In this document: piece after piece, positions 32,121 to 43,382 of the stretch
Layout of the letters: the number at the start of each line of letters is the position of its first letter
Position numbering within the stretch: position 1 is the stretch's first letter
IMG/VR virus record: IMGVR_UViG_3300011008_000006
DNA: 52,253 nt
Direction: 5' to 3' (one strand)
Source of the DNA: a virus
Taxonomy: Duplodnaviria; Heunggongvirae; Uroviricota; Caudoviricetes
Made by a program: the position numbers and the translations under genes
Notes under the pieces: generated by a model
Database searches by the model: none
What the model was told of the DNA's origin: nothing
The model's input: the letters and a program-made list of their open reading frames with translations, nothing else

Positions 32121-33905
32121 ATGGATTATGGAGATATAAGACATACAAATTCTCAAGGGAAAGAAAAGATCATTTTAAGTAATGGATATTATTATAATGG
32201 TCAAGTAAATCCAGTTGAAGAAAGATAGTATACACCAAATAGAAGAGATTAGAAAAAATATACTTAGGTATATCAAGCAACTCATAAAGGGGAGAATTAT
32301 CTCCCCTTTATGAACCGCTCTTTTATTAGTTTTTCCTTTGGCGGGAAAAATATAGAAGATTTTAATTTATTAGCTTCAATTTCTGGTGATAGACTTCAAA
32401 GACAAGGTTATTCAAGCTTTGAAGATTTAACATCTAATTATACAGTAATGGATGGGCATTTTTATTGGGGCACTCATTATACTAATCATGAATTGGATTT
32501 TGATTTAGCTACTGATGCTATTACATAGAATGAATTAGATAGTTTTTTGAAATGGTTTTCCGCTGGAAAAGTACGAGAATTAATTTTAGCAGAGCATCCA
32601 AATCGTGCTATTTAGGCGCGTGTAAAATAGGCGCCAGAACTACATCTTTTACCATTTGAATAGAAAACTACAAAGAAAATTGCCGGGCAAGAATATATCA
32701 CTAGTACAACATTATATAAAGGTGAAATTTCATTATCATTTACAATGGATGAACCTTATTGGTATTCAAAAATTAATATCTTTGGGTATTTAAATGAGAA
32801 TGATGGTATATATTATGATGTATGGACAGATGCAAATGGTCAAGAAAAGAATATTTTTAATGACCCTGATGCAATAAAAATTGCGCTTGAAGATAATATC
32901 CCTATCGGTAGTATGATTCAAGACTCAATGTTACTTGGCGATAATAATTATGCAAATGCTAATTTAACTAATGGAGCACAAACTGCAAAATTAGAAAATT
33001 ATACTGAAACTATTATTAATGAAGAAGTTGAAGTTGAAGAAATAAGTGAATTATCAGATAATGCTAGAATTGCCTGGTAGGATAATGGAGAGTGGCTTGG
33101 TGCTTTAATCGCTGGTACTGTTATGAGTACAAGTACTGGTATAGAGAGTTTTGCCGCGAATACTAATTAGTATTTTTATTATGCTGGTAATGCGCCTGCA
33201 AAACCAACAATTGAATTTGTATTAACTCCTATTATTAATGAAAATGGATATATTTCAAATCCAAAAAATAGTTATACTTCACTCAATACTCCATATAATG
33301 TATTTTCTTTTGAAAGCCTTACTAAAAAAGAATTACAATTTACTACTCCAGGTATTTATACTGGATATAATCAAGTAATTCAAATCTTTAAAGAAATGAA
33401 AGTAAATGATGCTTGGACAGATATAAGAAAATATGTTCGTGATTAGGTTAATCATGCGGCCGCGCGTGCATGGGCGAATAAAGTAATAGATAGTTTTGAT
33501 AGTATAAAAGTACAAAATGGCGATATTGATCTTGCTATAAATCGTATGAAATATTTTATTACTGATATATAGTCAGAAAATTTATTAAGCTCTTCCTTTA
33601 TTATTAATAGTAAAACGGGTTAGGCAACTGCTTCTATTCAATATCGTATTCCTGGGACAACTGTTCCCGCGGCAAATGCTTGGTCTAGTTGGGGAAGTAT
33701 AGTTGAAATTGAAGAAGATGTTGGAGATATGATACGTTCTAATTACTTAATTATAGAAGATTAGAATTAGCCTACCGATGATGGACATATTATTGCGTGG
33801 GAAAATACTAATAAAACTACAAGATTACATTCTTATGTCATTTAGCATAATGTAGAAAATGGACTTAAAAATGTATATATTAAATATTAGAATATGTATC
33901 TATAA
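32121..33905 (+). CDS. Distal tail protein (Dit), evolved form with insertion (594 aa, TAG=Gln)
   Basis: Follows the TMP; SFSFGGKNIEDF...DGHFYWG...LDFDL Dit-like N-terminus. Confidence 0.7.
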
Positions 33906-33930
33906 TGAGTAAAAAGGAGGAGGAACTATA

Positions 33931-36900
33931 ATGATTGTGAGATTAAAGCGTCATTATGAAGTTTCTATTTGGACACTTTAGGATAGTTTTATAACTGTCC
34001 TAAAGTGGTTCAATTTAGAAAACAAAGGACAAATTTAGAATCCTAAAATGTCTTTAAATACAGATGGAACACAAGACTTTTCTTTTACTATTCCTATGTA
34101 TATAAATGAAGGCGCTGAGAGAAAAGAAAATCCTATCTGGTATAATGCGATTAATGGTAATTTAGCTATTAATATGCGTAAAATTAAAGTAATTTTTAAT
34201 AAGAAAAAAATAAACGAAAGAGTATTTGAATTTCTTATTACAAAAGTTACTGAAAAACATAAAAATGGTGAATTAATGTGTGAAGTTTCTTGTGAAGGAC
34301 TTGCCTTTCATGAATTGGGGAAAGTAGGTTATAAAATTTCTTTATAGCAAGAAGATTTTGAAAATGATTATGCAGAATGGGCAGAATCTAATAATAATGA
34401 AGAAGAACCAATTGCTAATATTTAGTATTGGTTAAATAAATTTTTAACTGCGCGACCAGAAGGAAAATTAATTAAAAATAAATGGTACTATGAAATTAGT
34501 ATGGATTGGAGTTCTTTTTCATACGCAGACTAGCGTGATTCTTCTAAAATTTATGAAGAAGAGTATGTCTCTTCTTGGAGCCTTTCTAATAATGAATTAG
34601 TACCAGGTGCTGTAGAAGCATTTCGTGAAAAAGCTAGAATGGTGGATTTGACAGAAAGTAATATTTATAATCTTACTTAGGAATTGGCAGAAAAATTTGG
34701 AGTGTTTTGCCGCTATGATTATTTATATGATGATACTTATCACATAATTGGCAGAATAATTGTATTTTATAATAATTTTATAGCTGAACAAAATGGTGTT
34801 ATAGATATTACTTATCCCTATGATACCAGCGCGATCACAAGAGAAATGGATGGCACTGAATTGACAACAAAATTGTTTATTAAAAGTGTAGATAGTGAAA
34901 ATTCTCCATCTGGATAGATTTCTATTATAGATGTTGATGCAAATAAAACAAGAGAAGATTATTTATTAAATTTTGATTATATGTATTTAAAAGGTATTAT
35001 TTCAGAAGAGCAATATTAGGGTATAAAAGAATTTGAAAATAATATTGCTACAATAAATAATTTAATAATTCTATTAGTTGATGAGATTATTAATTTATCA
35101 GGTTAGCTTCCTGAATTATACGCGGATAGAACAATTTTAGAGAATGCTATTCCTTTAGATTAGGAATAGGAAAAATCAGCAGAAGATTTATTAAACGCTT
35201 TAACAGATGGAACTAGTATTATCATAAGAGATAATACTAATCCCGTTTAGGGTGTTTTATTTTCTGAAAATAATTTATATTCTATAAGAATCCGCGAACT
35301 TGGTGTTATGAAAGGTAGCATCAAAATATATAAAACCTATGATACTAGAAATAATATTTTAAATAATGAAATTGCATTAGATACTGCAACCTTTGTTTAT
35401 GATGAAGCAGGCAATTTGGAAAAGATAATTAATATTAATTCTAGTAGCGGTGGTGTAGTCTATTTAACTTTTTCTTACCGTCCTGCAACTTAGTATGACA
35501 ATATTAAGATATTGTGGGGCAAGAAAAAATTACAAGATGAAAGTAATTTAAATAATTTAAATGAATAGATTACAGATATTGAAAATAAATTAGAAGAAGC
35601 TAAAGAATTATATGATAATAAATTATTAGAAAAACAATAGTTAATCAAAGAATTTGAAGAAATGATGGGGCCCGCGCTAAGAGAAGGTTATTGGCAAGCA
35701 GATGATTATACTAATAATTACGAAGAAAAACATTCTATAACTTTTACTAGTAGTAATATTAATACTGGCGTTTCTGGGGATTAGATAGATTTTATTTGGG
35801 ATACTATTCCTTTAAGAGAAGAACAATTAGGATATTATACCTATTCTATCTTGGAAGAACAAATTAATTATCCTTATCTTATATTATCTAGTAAATTTTT
35901 TTCTAATGGGCACTCTATTTCAGATTTCTTTAACTAGGGTTTAAGTTTAATTTTTAATAGAAATGGTACGACTATTAATTTTTCTAATCCTTTAAATGTA
36001 ACTGATTTAGGAGAGTTAAATACTTTTGTAGATATTTTAGCTTTAAAGTCAGGATGTCAATTAGCATTTAAAATGATAAATAATGTAGCTACGCCAATTT
36101 TATTATTAACTGGGTTAGAAACAATTGAATTGGGCCAGAATGCGTTTGCTACTAATTCATTTATTTTAGGTACGACTACTTTAAATGCAAATGATAAAAT
36201 AGTTATTGATAATTCTTGGAGCTGTACAGCAAGTGATATTGAAAAAAATAGTGATGGTATACTAGTATATCCACGTATAAAAATAAAATCCGCTAAAATG
36301 AAAAATGATTCTAGTAGTTTATTTTTATCATATAATAATGTTTTATTAGAAACCGCGAAAGATTATATTTCATTATTTAATATTCATAATGACAATGAAA
36401 ATTTAGCTTATTTTATTACTTTACAGCCTGAGACACTTTTATCTAATGGTTACGATGGCTCTTATAAAATTTTAAATGTCAAATATGCTTTATCAACAGA
36501 AGATATAGCAATTTATTTAGATGCGTAGCAAGTATTAAAAGAAAATGCTTTCCCAAAAGTATCATATACAGTAACGCCAAATATATTTAATGAAGAATTA
36601 ATAGAAACACTATATAATAAATTAAATACTATTGTTCATATTAATGATGTAGATTTAAAGTTTGAAAATGTTTTGGGTTATATATCTAAAGTAGATTTAG
36701 ACCTAGATTAGCCAGATAATGATAGTATTGAAATTAAAAATTATAAAACTAAATTTGAAGATTTATTTTCAACTATTGTTGCACAAACTGAGTAGATGAA
36801 GAAAAATGAAGCAACTATAAGCGCGGCTGCAAAAGCTTTTTCTACATCAGGCACAATTGCTCCAGATGTTATTAAAGATTCATTATATAGAGTAGATTTA

Positions 36901-38688
36901 GATTATGCTTTTAATAATGGCTCTTTAACTATTGATAATGAAAATGGTATTTGGGCAACTAGTGATAGTGGTGTAGTGGCTATGCGTGGTGGAGGCATAT
37001 TTACTGCAACAGAATAGGATGCTAATGGTAAGTGGTTGTGGAATACTGGTATTGTTCCTTCTGGTATTAATGCTGACCTAATTACTACTGGTTAGTTAGA
37101 TACTAATTTAATAAAAATCTTTTCCGGTGACAGAATACGTTTCCAGTGGAACGGAGATGGATTATTTGCTTATAAAGATAACATTTAGACAAATGCTTCT
37201 ACTTTAGACGATAATGTAGATAAAAATAATTATGTAAAATTATGTGAAGATGGATTATTTTTACATAAATATATTACTACATTAGATGAGAATTAGAATG
37301 AAACAGTTGCTGTAGATACAGATAGAGTTTCTATTAGCTGGGATGGATTAATTTTAAAAAATGATGAAGGCACGGAGGTATTTTATGCTGACCCAGATAC
37401 AGGAAATTTAATATTAACTGGTACTATTACTGCTGCGGCAGGTAATATTGGTGGTTGGCAGATTAATACCAATCAATTAAATTCTGGTTCAACCAATACT
37501 TATGTTGCGCTAAATTCAGATTCTACTAATAATTATGCGATTTGGGCAGGAGCGGCAGATGCGGAAGTTACAACAAATAATGTAGTAACTTATGCTCCTT
37601 TTAGTGTAACTAAAACTGGACAGTTAAGAGCTATGAATGCAATAGTTTCTGGTGATATTGTTGCTACTTCATTTAAGCTAGGAAATGATGGCCATGCTTT
37701 ATCCGCCGCGGATATTAGTGATTTTGACACTGCTGTAACTAATGTTACAGGTAATTCTTTTTCTATTAATGGCATTTCTTCTAATTATAATTGGAACGGT
37801 AATACATATACCGTAGCTTTGACTTCTACAGATAGTTTATTAATTGGAGCAAATAATACAAATGGAGGCGGCATTATAATTACTAAAAATGCTAATACCG
37901 CAGCTGTAGTAATTGATAAAACTGGAATTAATTTTGAGGTAGATACTAATACATTTATTCATATGAGTTCTACTGGTGTATAGGTAAAAGGTAGTAAAAT
38001 TTAGATGAGTGATTTAAATGGAGAATGGAAAGATATTTGGAGCCATGATAATATTGTTATAATGAGTAGTTATAATAGTAGTAACCCAAATTGGAATTAG
38101 AAGTAGGAATGGGTTGAATATGCGATGCGCGCTAAGACAGATTGGATTTTAATTAAACCATATTATAATGCAGAAATTATTTATACCCCTACCACTACTA
38201 ATGCAATTTATGCTAATACTGGTACAATGACTTTGCATTAGTATGATGGGGGGCAAAATGAATTTGGTACTTCTACTTATAATTATATTCTAGAATTTGA
38301 TGCAGTTTTTAGTTATGCTACAACTGGAAATTTTGTTTTCTTTACAGGAACTATATAGGATACAACTAGTGGAGCTAATGCGTTAATTTTTTAGATGCAA
38401 AATCAAAATGATGGAGCTATATATGTATATCCTATTAGTAGCGGTACATCTGCTCATTTTGAAGCAAATATAATTAATTCAACTATTAATATATGTCAAG
38501 CAAATCACGTGATTACTGCTAATATTTAGGCCGATTCTGGTGAAACTATTCGTATTAGTAATTTAACTTTAACTTGTACTACTGATGCTACAACTTCTCG
38601 TGTGCCTTGTACTACATATTATTATCCAAATACACAAACTTCTTTGCCACGTCCTGATGATTATGATCAAGGATGGCCAAATTGGTAA
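33931..38688 (+). CDS. Tail tip/Tal-like minor structural protein fused to host-recognition regions (1,585 aa, TAG=Gln)
   Basis: Follows Dit; NTDGTQDFSFTIP N-terminus; GINADLITTG motif; beta-rich C-terminus. Confidence 0.7.
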
Positions 38689-38730
38689 AAAAAATAAAGC
38701 CCCTCTTTTCAGAGGGGCTCTTTTTTTATT
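38687..38730. terminator. Bidirectional terminator AGCCCCTCT-tttc-AGAGGGGCT between convergent operons
   Basis: Perfect 9-bp stem, A-tract before and T-tract after. Confidence 0.92.
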
Positions 38731-39109
38731 CTTCGATAAGAGGCATTAGGAGGGTCATTTCGGTAGGAGTAAAGTCTAAATCTTCAATCGCGGCTAAACT
38801 AATCTTTTCACAATTAATTTCAACCTCAGTATTAAGTAATTCAGTAATTTCGGTGTTAAACTCATTAAGTTTATCTTCCTTTAGTTTAACATTACCATTT
38901 TCATCTTGTACAAGTTCACCATTTTCATCGGTTTCGCTATACTTCTTAATGATTTCTACACGAGTTGTATTGAAGAAAGTAAGTTCATCTTCAAGTCTCT
39001 TTAGTAGCTTAGAAATTTGGAAAGCGGTTTTGCCACGAAGAGATTTGCCAGCAAGTTTTCTTAGCACATCAGTGCTTTCAATAATATCTTTTAATTGTAC
39101 ATTAATCAT
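38726..39109 (-). CDS. Hypothetical protein, DUF1617-like (127 aa)
   Basis: ATG 39109 after a GGGGAG SD; KTAFQISKLLKRLEDEL pattern. Confidence 0.7.
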   Translation of the reverse strand: MINVQLKDIIESTDVLRKLAGKSLRGKTAFQISKLLKRLEDELTFFNTTRVEIIKKYSETDENGELVQDENGNVKLKEDKLNEFNTEITELLNTEVEINCEKISLAAIEDLDFTPTEMTLLMPLIEE

Positions 39110-39858
39110 TCTATATCTTCTCCCCAAGTTGATTTATTATTTTTTAATAGGTGGGAAAAATATTTCCCAATACAAATTGCATCTGCTTCATCCTAGGTAC
39201 AAGTCTAATTATACCAAATTTTTACTTTATCTTGTGCCAACTTTTTCTTATTTTCTCTATGCTGGTCGCCTTCATTTATTCCACAATATTTACGCCATTC
39301 AGATGCATACACTAAATCATGGTCAATGCTAGCTTCAAATATAGTATCAATTAAAACTCCTTGTAAATTAGCAAGTACCTAAAATGTTTTTACCTACATC
39401 TATGATGCGCTAGGCCCAAATTTTTGTAGTTGTATATTTTCTAATCCTACAAAATCTGGTTCCCATTCTTTTAACGCGGCTTGAAGCCATTTTTTTACGC
39501 TATTAATGCGTTCATCAGTGGGTAAAGAAGCATCTACTTTAAAGGTTCCATAGCTAACCAATACGCGGTTATCATATATTGAATAGCCCGTGATGCCTGT
39601 AGCGGCATCAAGTGCTAGAACTCTCTATGTGTCAATCTTTTTGATTGGCACTTTATTTTTTTTGATTTTAAATGGGTCGCCTGCCATACATTTATCACAT
39701 TGTGGATGTTTACGCCAATTACCATATGTTTGAAATTGACGATGACCGGCAGGACATTCCATTTCTAATTCTGTATTTAGATTTTTATATGTATTACTAA
39801 TCAATTTCCAGCCCTCTTCGGTTAAATGATTAGCAACACTATAAATATTAATTGTCAT
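39106..39858 (-). CDS. ruvC: RuvC-like Holliday junction resolvase with N-terminal Zn-ribbon domain (250 aa, TAG=Gln)
   Basis: VLALDAATGITG, VGLENIQ and DEADAICIG RuvC motifs appear after TAG read-through at 39625; CPAGH...CDKC. Confidence 0.85.
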
Positions 39859-40667
39859 TACTTACCTGAACTACCAAAGCCACCTTCACCGCGTTCAGTT
39901 TCATCTAGGGTATCAACAGGAACAGCTTTGAAGTGATAACTTGGCATTACAATTAGTTGAGCGATGCGGTCACCCGCGTTAATGGTATAATCAGAATCAG
40001 AAATGTTATCATATAAAACACCAAGTGGTCCGCGATATCCAGAATCAATAACGCCAACACTGTTGCTTAAACGTAATGGAGTTTTTGCTCCGATGCTTGA
40101 ACGAGGAACAATATATGCTACCCATCTTTCTGGTAGAGCAATATGTACGCCTGTGCGAATCATATTTCCAATAGAATGTGCTGGGACAACTACTGTATCA
40201 GCCGCATATAGATCAGCCGCGGCATCAGACTCGTGAGCGTAAGTTGGAAGTTGCGTACCTTCTTCTAAAAATACAGAAAGTTTAATATCATATTTATTAT
40301 AACGTTCAAGAACTTCATCAAAAATACTATAGAAGTTATTAAATACACCATTTAATAATTGACGCTTCTTATTAGAAGGCTTTAATTCTTCAATTAATTC
40401 TTCTAGGCTATTTTTTGCTTCATTAAGTTGATTTTGTACATTATTAAATGTATATCCTTGTGTATCATAACTCTTTATTGCTTCTTGAATAATATTTTCT
40501 TTAATAGCAGTTGTGAGTGAACCATCAATCGCGCCGATAATACTCTCAACAACGGTATCTGTTAAACTATCATCTGGAATTTCCATGATATAAGTAATCA
40601 TATCCATAAAAGGTTTTAAATCTTCATTATTTTCAATTAAATCATTAAACTTTTCTAATTCAGACAT
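39858..40667 (-). CDS. dut: Trimeric dUTPase with ~130-aa N-terminal helical extension (269 aa, no TAG)
   Basis: PRSSIG, GVIDSGYRG, GDRIAQL and RGEGGFGSSG motifs. Confidence 0.93.
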   Translation of the reverse strand: MSELEKFNDLIENNEDLKPFMDMITYIMEIPDDSLTDTVVESIIGAIDGSLTTAIKENIIQEAIKSYDTQGYTFNNVQNQLNEAKNSLEELIEELKPSNKKRQLLNGVFNNFYSIFDEVLERYNKYDIKLSVFLEEGTQLPTYAHESDAAADLYAADTVVVPAHSIGNMIRTGVHIALPERWVAYIVPRSSIGAKTPLRLSNSVGVIDSGYRGPLGVLYDNISDSDYTINAGDRIAQLIVMPSYHFKAVPVDTLDETERGEGGFGSSGK

Positions 40668-40677
40668 TTTTATTACC

Positions 40678-40878
40678 TCACTCATTAAAAGTCTTTTCAA
40701 GAGTTACAACAGCCCAACTATCAATAATTTCGCCCTTAGATTTCTTATTTTTTAATACATAGCCAGATTTTGTTAAAGTATAACCTTCTGCAATCTGGTC
40801 ATTTTTATATCGTTCAATCATTTGAACGGCTTCTTCTTCATTATTCACTCTATGTACTTCCGTATTCTTCATCAACAT
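40678..40878 (-). CDS. Small hypothetical protein (66 aa)
   Basis: SD AAGGAG ~10 nt upstream of ATG 40878. Confidence 0.7.
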   Translation of the reverse strand: MLMKNTEVHRVNNEEEAVQMIERYKNDQIAEGYTLTKSGYVLKNKKSKGEIIDSWAVVTLEKTFNE

Positions 40879-41233
40879 AGTTCTCATTCTCCTTTTCTTC
40901 ATTTAGTTTTCTTAATTTTTGAATTAAATCAATATAATTTAATCTTTTAGTAGTTTCTGCAATATTATCTTGAGCTAATTTGTTAAGACCTTTATTTTTA
41001 GTTTTCTTAGCAAGTGCTCTACGCTGTGCCCTATTAAGTGGCGGTATATTTTTATTTATTTTTTCTATCGTGAATTTTTTGATATTTTCTAATATCTAAT
41101 CATCGGTTTCTGCGCCAATAAGATTAGTTGCTTCTTCAATTGAGATACCATTTGCTTTTGCAAATCGCGCAATTAAATCAGGTTTTTCATTTGTTTCAGT
41201 AGTTGGTTCTTTTACTTCATTTATTTCACTCAT
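40841..41233 (-). CDS. Hypothetical protein (130 aa, TAG=Gln), absent from the ORF track
   Basis: SD GGAG; PPLNRAQRRALAK motif; in-frame TAGs at 41096 and 40850. Confidence 0.7.
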
Positions 41234-41292
41234 AAAATACACTCCAATATTTTTACAATATGATCAAATTCATCTTTATCTTTTTCTTCCAT
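41230..41292 (-). CDS. 20-aa mini-ORF MEEKDKDEFDHIVKILECIL
   Basis: Start overlaps the upstream TGA (TGATG); stop overlaps the downstream ATG (ATGA). Confidence 0.5.
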   Translation of the reverse strand: MEEKDKDEFDHIVKILECIL

Positions 41293-42266
41293 CAGCCACC
41301 ACCGCCCGAATTTTTATTATATCCAAATTCTTGTGTCTTAAAAAACTCTATATAATATTTTTCTAAATCGTTTAATTCGTCTTTATCGCAATAAATAATT
41401 GGCTCAATAGTCCAGTTCCAAAATCCTGATTTCCAGATTTCATGGTGCACAGCTTGGTCGGCTATTGTTTTTATTCCAATACTTGATTTGAAATGATCTG
41501 CTATACGCTTCTTTATATTGGTACTTTTACCAATATAACTTTTACCACTTTCTAAATTTGTTATTTTATAAATACCAGGTTCGTCTTTTATATTTGCCCG
41601 TTTGAATGTTTCATCAATATAAGGTTTTACGTATTCCGACCAGACAAGTTTATTGATAATATCAGGATGTTGTACTTTCTATGAAACAGTGGTTACTAAG
41701 AAATTAATATCTTCTTTATATTCATCAGGTACTTGTATAGTATAAAATAAACGCTCTTGTTTATCTTTTTCATATTGCTAAATAGGTTCTAATAAACCTT
41801 CATAGCGTTTTAACTATCTACTTGTTTCTTCTGTAATGTCAGCCTATGTTTTTTTCCACTATTCAATTATTTCTTTCGCATTGGCTTCCGCTGCGTTTAT
41901 TCGTTCTTGTGCCTAATTAGTAAAGTTCTGTATTCGTAGGTCTAATGCTTCTTTTCGCTATTCTTCCTACTAAGCAAAATCATCATCTAAAATAAGCTAC
42001 CGTCGTACTTTTTGCTAATTGAAATAATTTTCTAATTCTTCTGTTCTATCTCTTACAGAATTATTATATCTTTCAATTGCTTGGTCGGATAAAGACTATA
42101 ATTCATTTATATCTTCTGCTAAATTATTACGCTATTGTATTAATAAAGCAACTTCTGTATCTAATTTATTTCTTTCACTAACATCTAAGGCTTGTTTTTC
42201 CTTATATTTTAGGAATAAATAAACAATAATTATTACTAATATTATAGAAACTACCCAACCACCCAT
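41292..42266 (-). CDS. Membrane-anchored coiled-coil GIY-YIG nuclease (324 aa, 13 TAG=Gln), absent from the ORF track
   Basis: N-terminal hydrophobic helix WVVSIILVIIIVYLFL; heptad coil; GIYKITN...KSYIGKSTNIKKRI...LE...GYN. Confidence 0.85.
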
Positions 42267-42304
42267 TTTATCACATCCTGATTTTTCTCCTTTCTTTATA
42301 CTCT

Positions 42305-42333
42305 ATTATAACATAACTTTTATAAAAAGTCAA
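42305..42333 (-). promoter_or_regulatory. Promoter TTGACT-17-TATAAT (extended -10) for the GIY-YIG...RuvC block
   Basis: -35 at 42333-42328, -10 at 42310-42305. Confidence 0.85.
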
Positions 42334-42337
42334 ATAT

Positions 42338-42892
42338 TTACTTTAATTTCTGTGAACTAAAAATTATTCCACCAAAGATATTACCAATAATAGTAGCAAG
42401 TAGAGTATAAGTAAAAGTAAGGCCGGCAGACATATAATAAAAATCTGCTATACAGTGATTCATACCAGCAAGGATAAAAGTAGCAACTCCTAATACTGTG
42501 GCCCAGAGAGGAGTATCTTTATTTGTAGCAAAAGACATCAGCATACCGCAACCAACACCCTTTATAAAAGCAGTAAGAAATGGTTGGGTACTTTTTATCA
42601 TAGCGATTGCCGCGGCTGCATCGTGTATTTGGCTATAAGATATTGCTGCTATAAGTGCAGCACCAATAAAGTTGCCGAGTAGAATGAGCGGATAATAATA
42701 CCAAGGATTTTCATTTGTAATCATATATTGGATTTTACCAGTGAATAGGTGTAATCCATAAATTCTTACAGTTAATAATCCACAAGAAAATAATACTGCT
42801 CCAACAATTGGGCTAGGAGCCATGAGATACGCCCAACCACCTAGCCCAATAGCAAGTCCTGCAATAATTGATTTTAAAAACTTATTTAGCAT
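42338..42892 (-). CDS. Formate/nitrite transporter (FNT/FocA family), short form (184 aa, no TAG)
   Basis: ~6 hydrophobic segments; SIIAGLAIGLGG, LFTG, LILLGNFIGA, NHCIADF and TIIGNIFGG FNT-like motifs. Confidence 0.82.
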   Translation of the reverse strand: MLNKFLKSIIAGLAIGLGGWAYLMAPSPIVGAVLFSCGLLTVRIYGLHLFTGKIQYMITNENPWYYYPLILLGNFIGAALIAAISYSQIHDAAAAIAMIKSTQPFLTAFIKGVGCGMLMSFATNKDTPLWATVLGVATFILAGMNHCIADFYYMSAGLTFTYTLLATIIGNIFGGIIFSSQKLK

Positions 42893-43382
42893 TTCTCATA
42901 GCTCCTAAATTTATAATTCGTTGATTTGATGAACCACGTAGAGGAAGTGTTGTATCACGCTTATCTTGCTCATAACGACCATCAATTAAAGTATCTACTT
43001 GTTCTAAAATACTTCCTAAAAGAGGTTCATTTTTTTCTCTCTCTAAAAGTTCTTCATAAGTATATCCAGTCCAAAGATAAATTATAGTATCTGGATAAAT
43101 AAAATTTATAGCGGTAATTAATAGATTTACATCATATAAGTTTTCTTCACACAATGGTTCGCCGCCAAGAATACTTAATCGTCTTTCAACGCCATTTTTG
43201 CATAATTTATTAAGAATTTCTCGTATTTTATCTGATGTAAAATCTTCACCATAATTAAAATCCCATGCTTCTGGATTCTAACAACCGGGGCAATGGAAGT
43301 GGCATCCAGAAAAATAAACCGATAGGGAGATACCGGGCGCAGCCGCGGTATCATCCCAATAAATACCAGCAATTTTACTCAT
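42882..43382 (-). CDS. nrdG: Anaerobic RNR activase, radical SAM (166 aa; one TAG at 43278)
   Basis: SGCHFHCPGC[TAG]NPEAWDF, LGGEPL, IDGRYE, LRGSSNQR. Confidence 0.93.

Noticed and set aside
32114-32182. 22-aa ORF from ATG 32114
   Set aside because: Too close to the SD; ATG 32121 opens the 594-aa Dit frame
3086-38688. Pseudogenes or sequencing errors explaining the fragmented ORFs
   Set aside because: Interruptions are exclusively TAG, the frame is preserved and catalytic motifs are intact
38673-39332. 219-aa + strand ORF
   Set aside because: Antisense shadow of the - strand DUF1617-like and RuvC genes; crosses the terminator; Ser/Leu-rich shadow composition
42338-42892. Holin call for the multi-TM protein
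   Set aside because: About 6 TMs with FNT signature motifs, and located in the nrd operon rather than near an endolysin
43175-43372. 65-aa - strand ORF in the track
   Set aside because: Wrong frame; the NrdG N-terminus is in the frame starting at 43382
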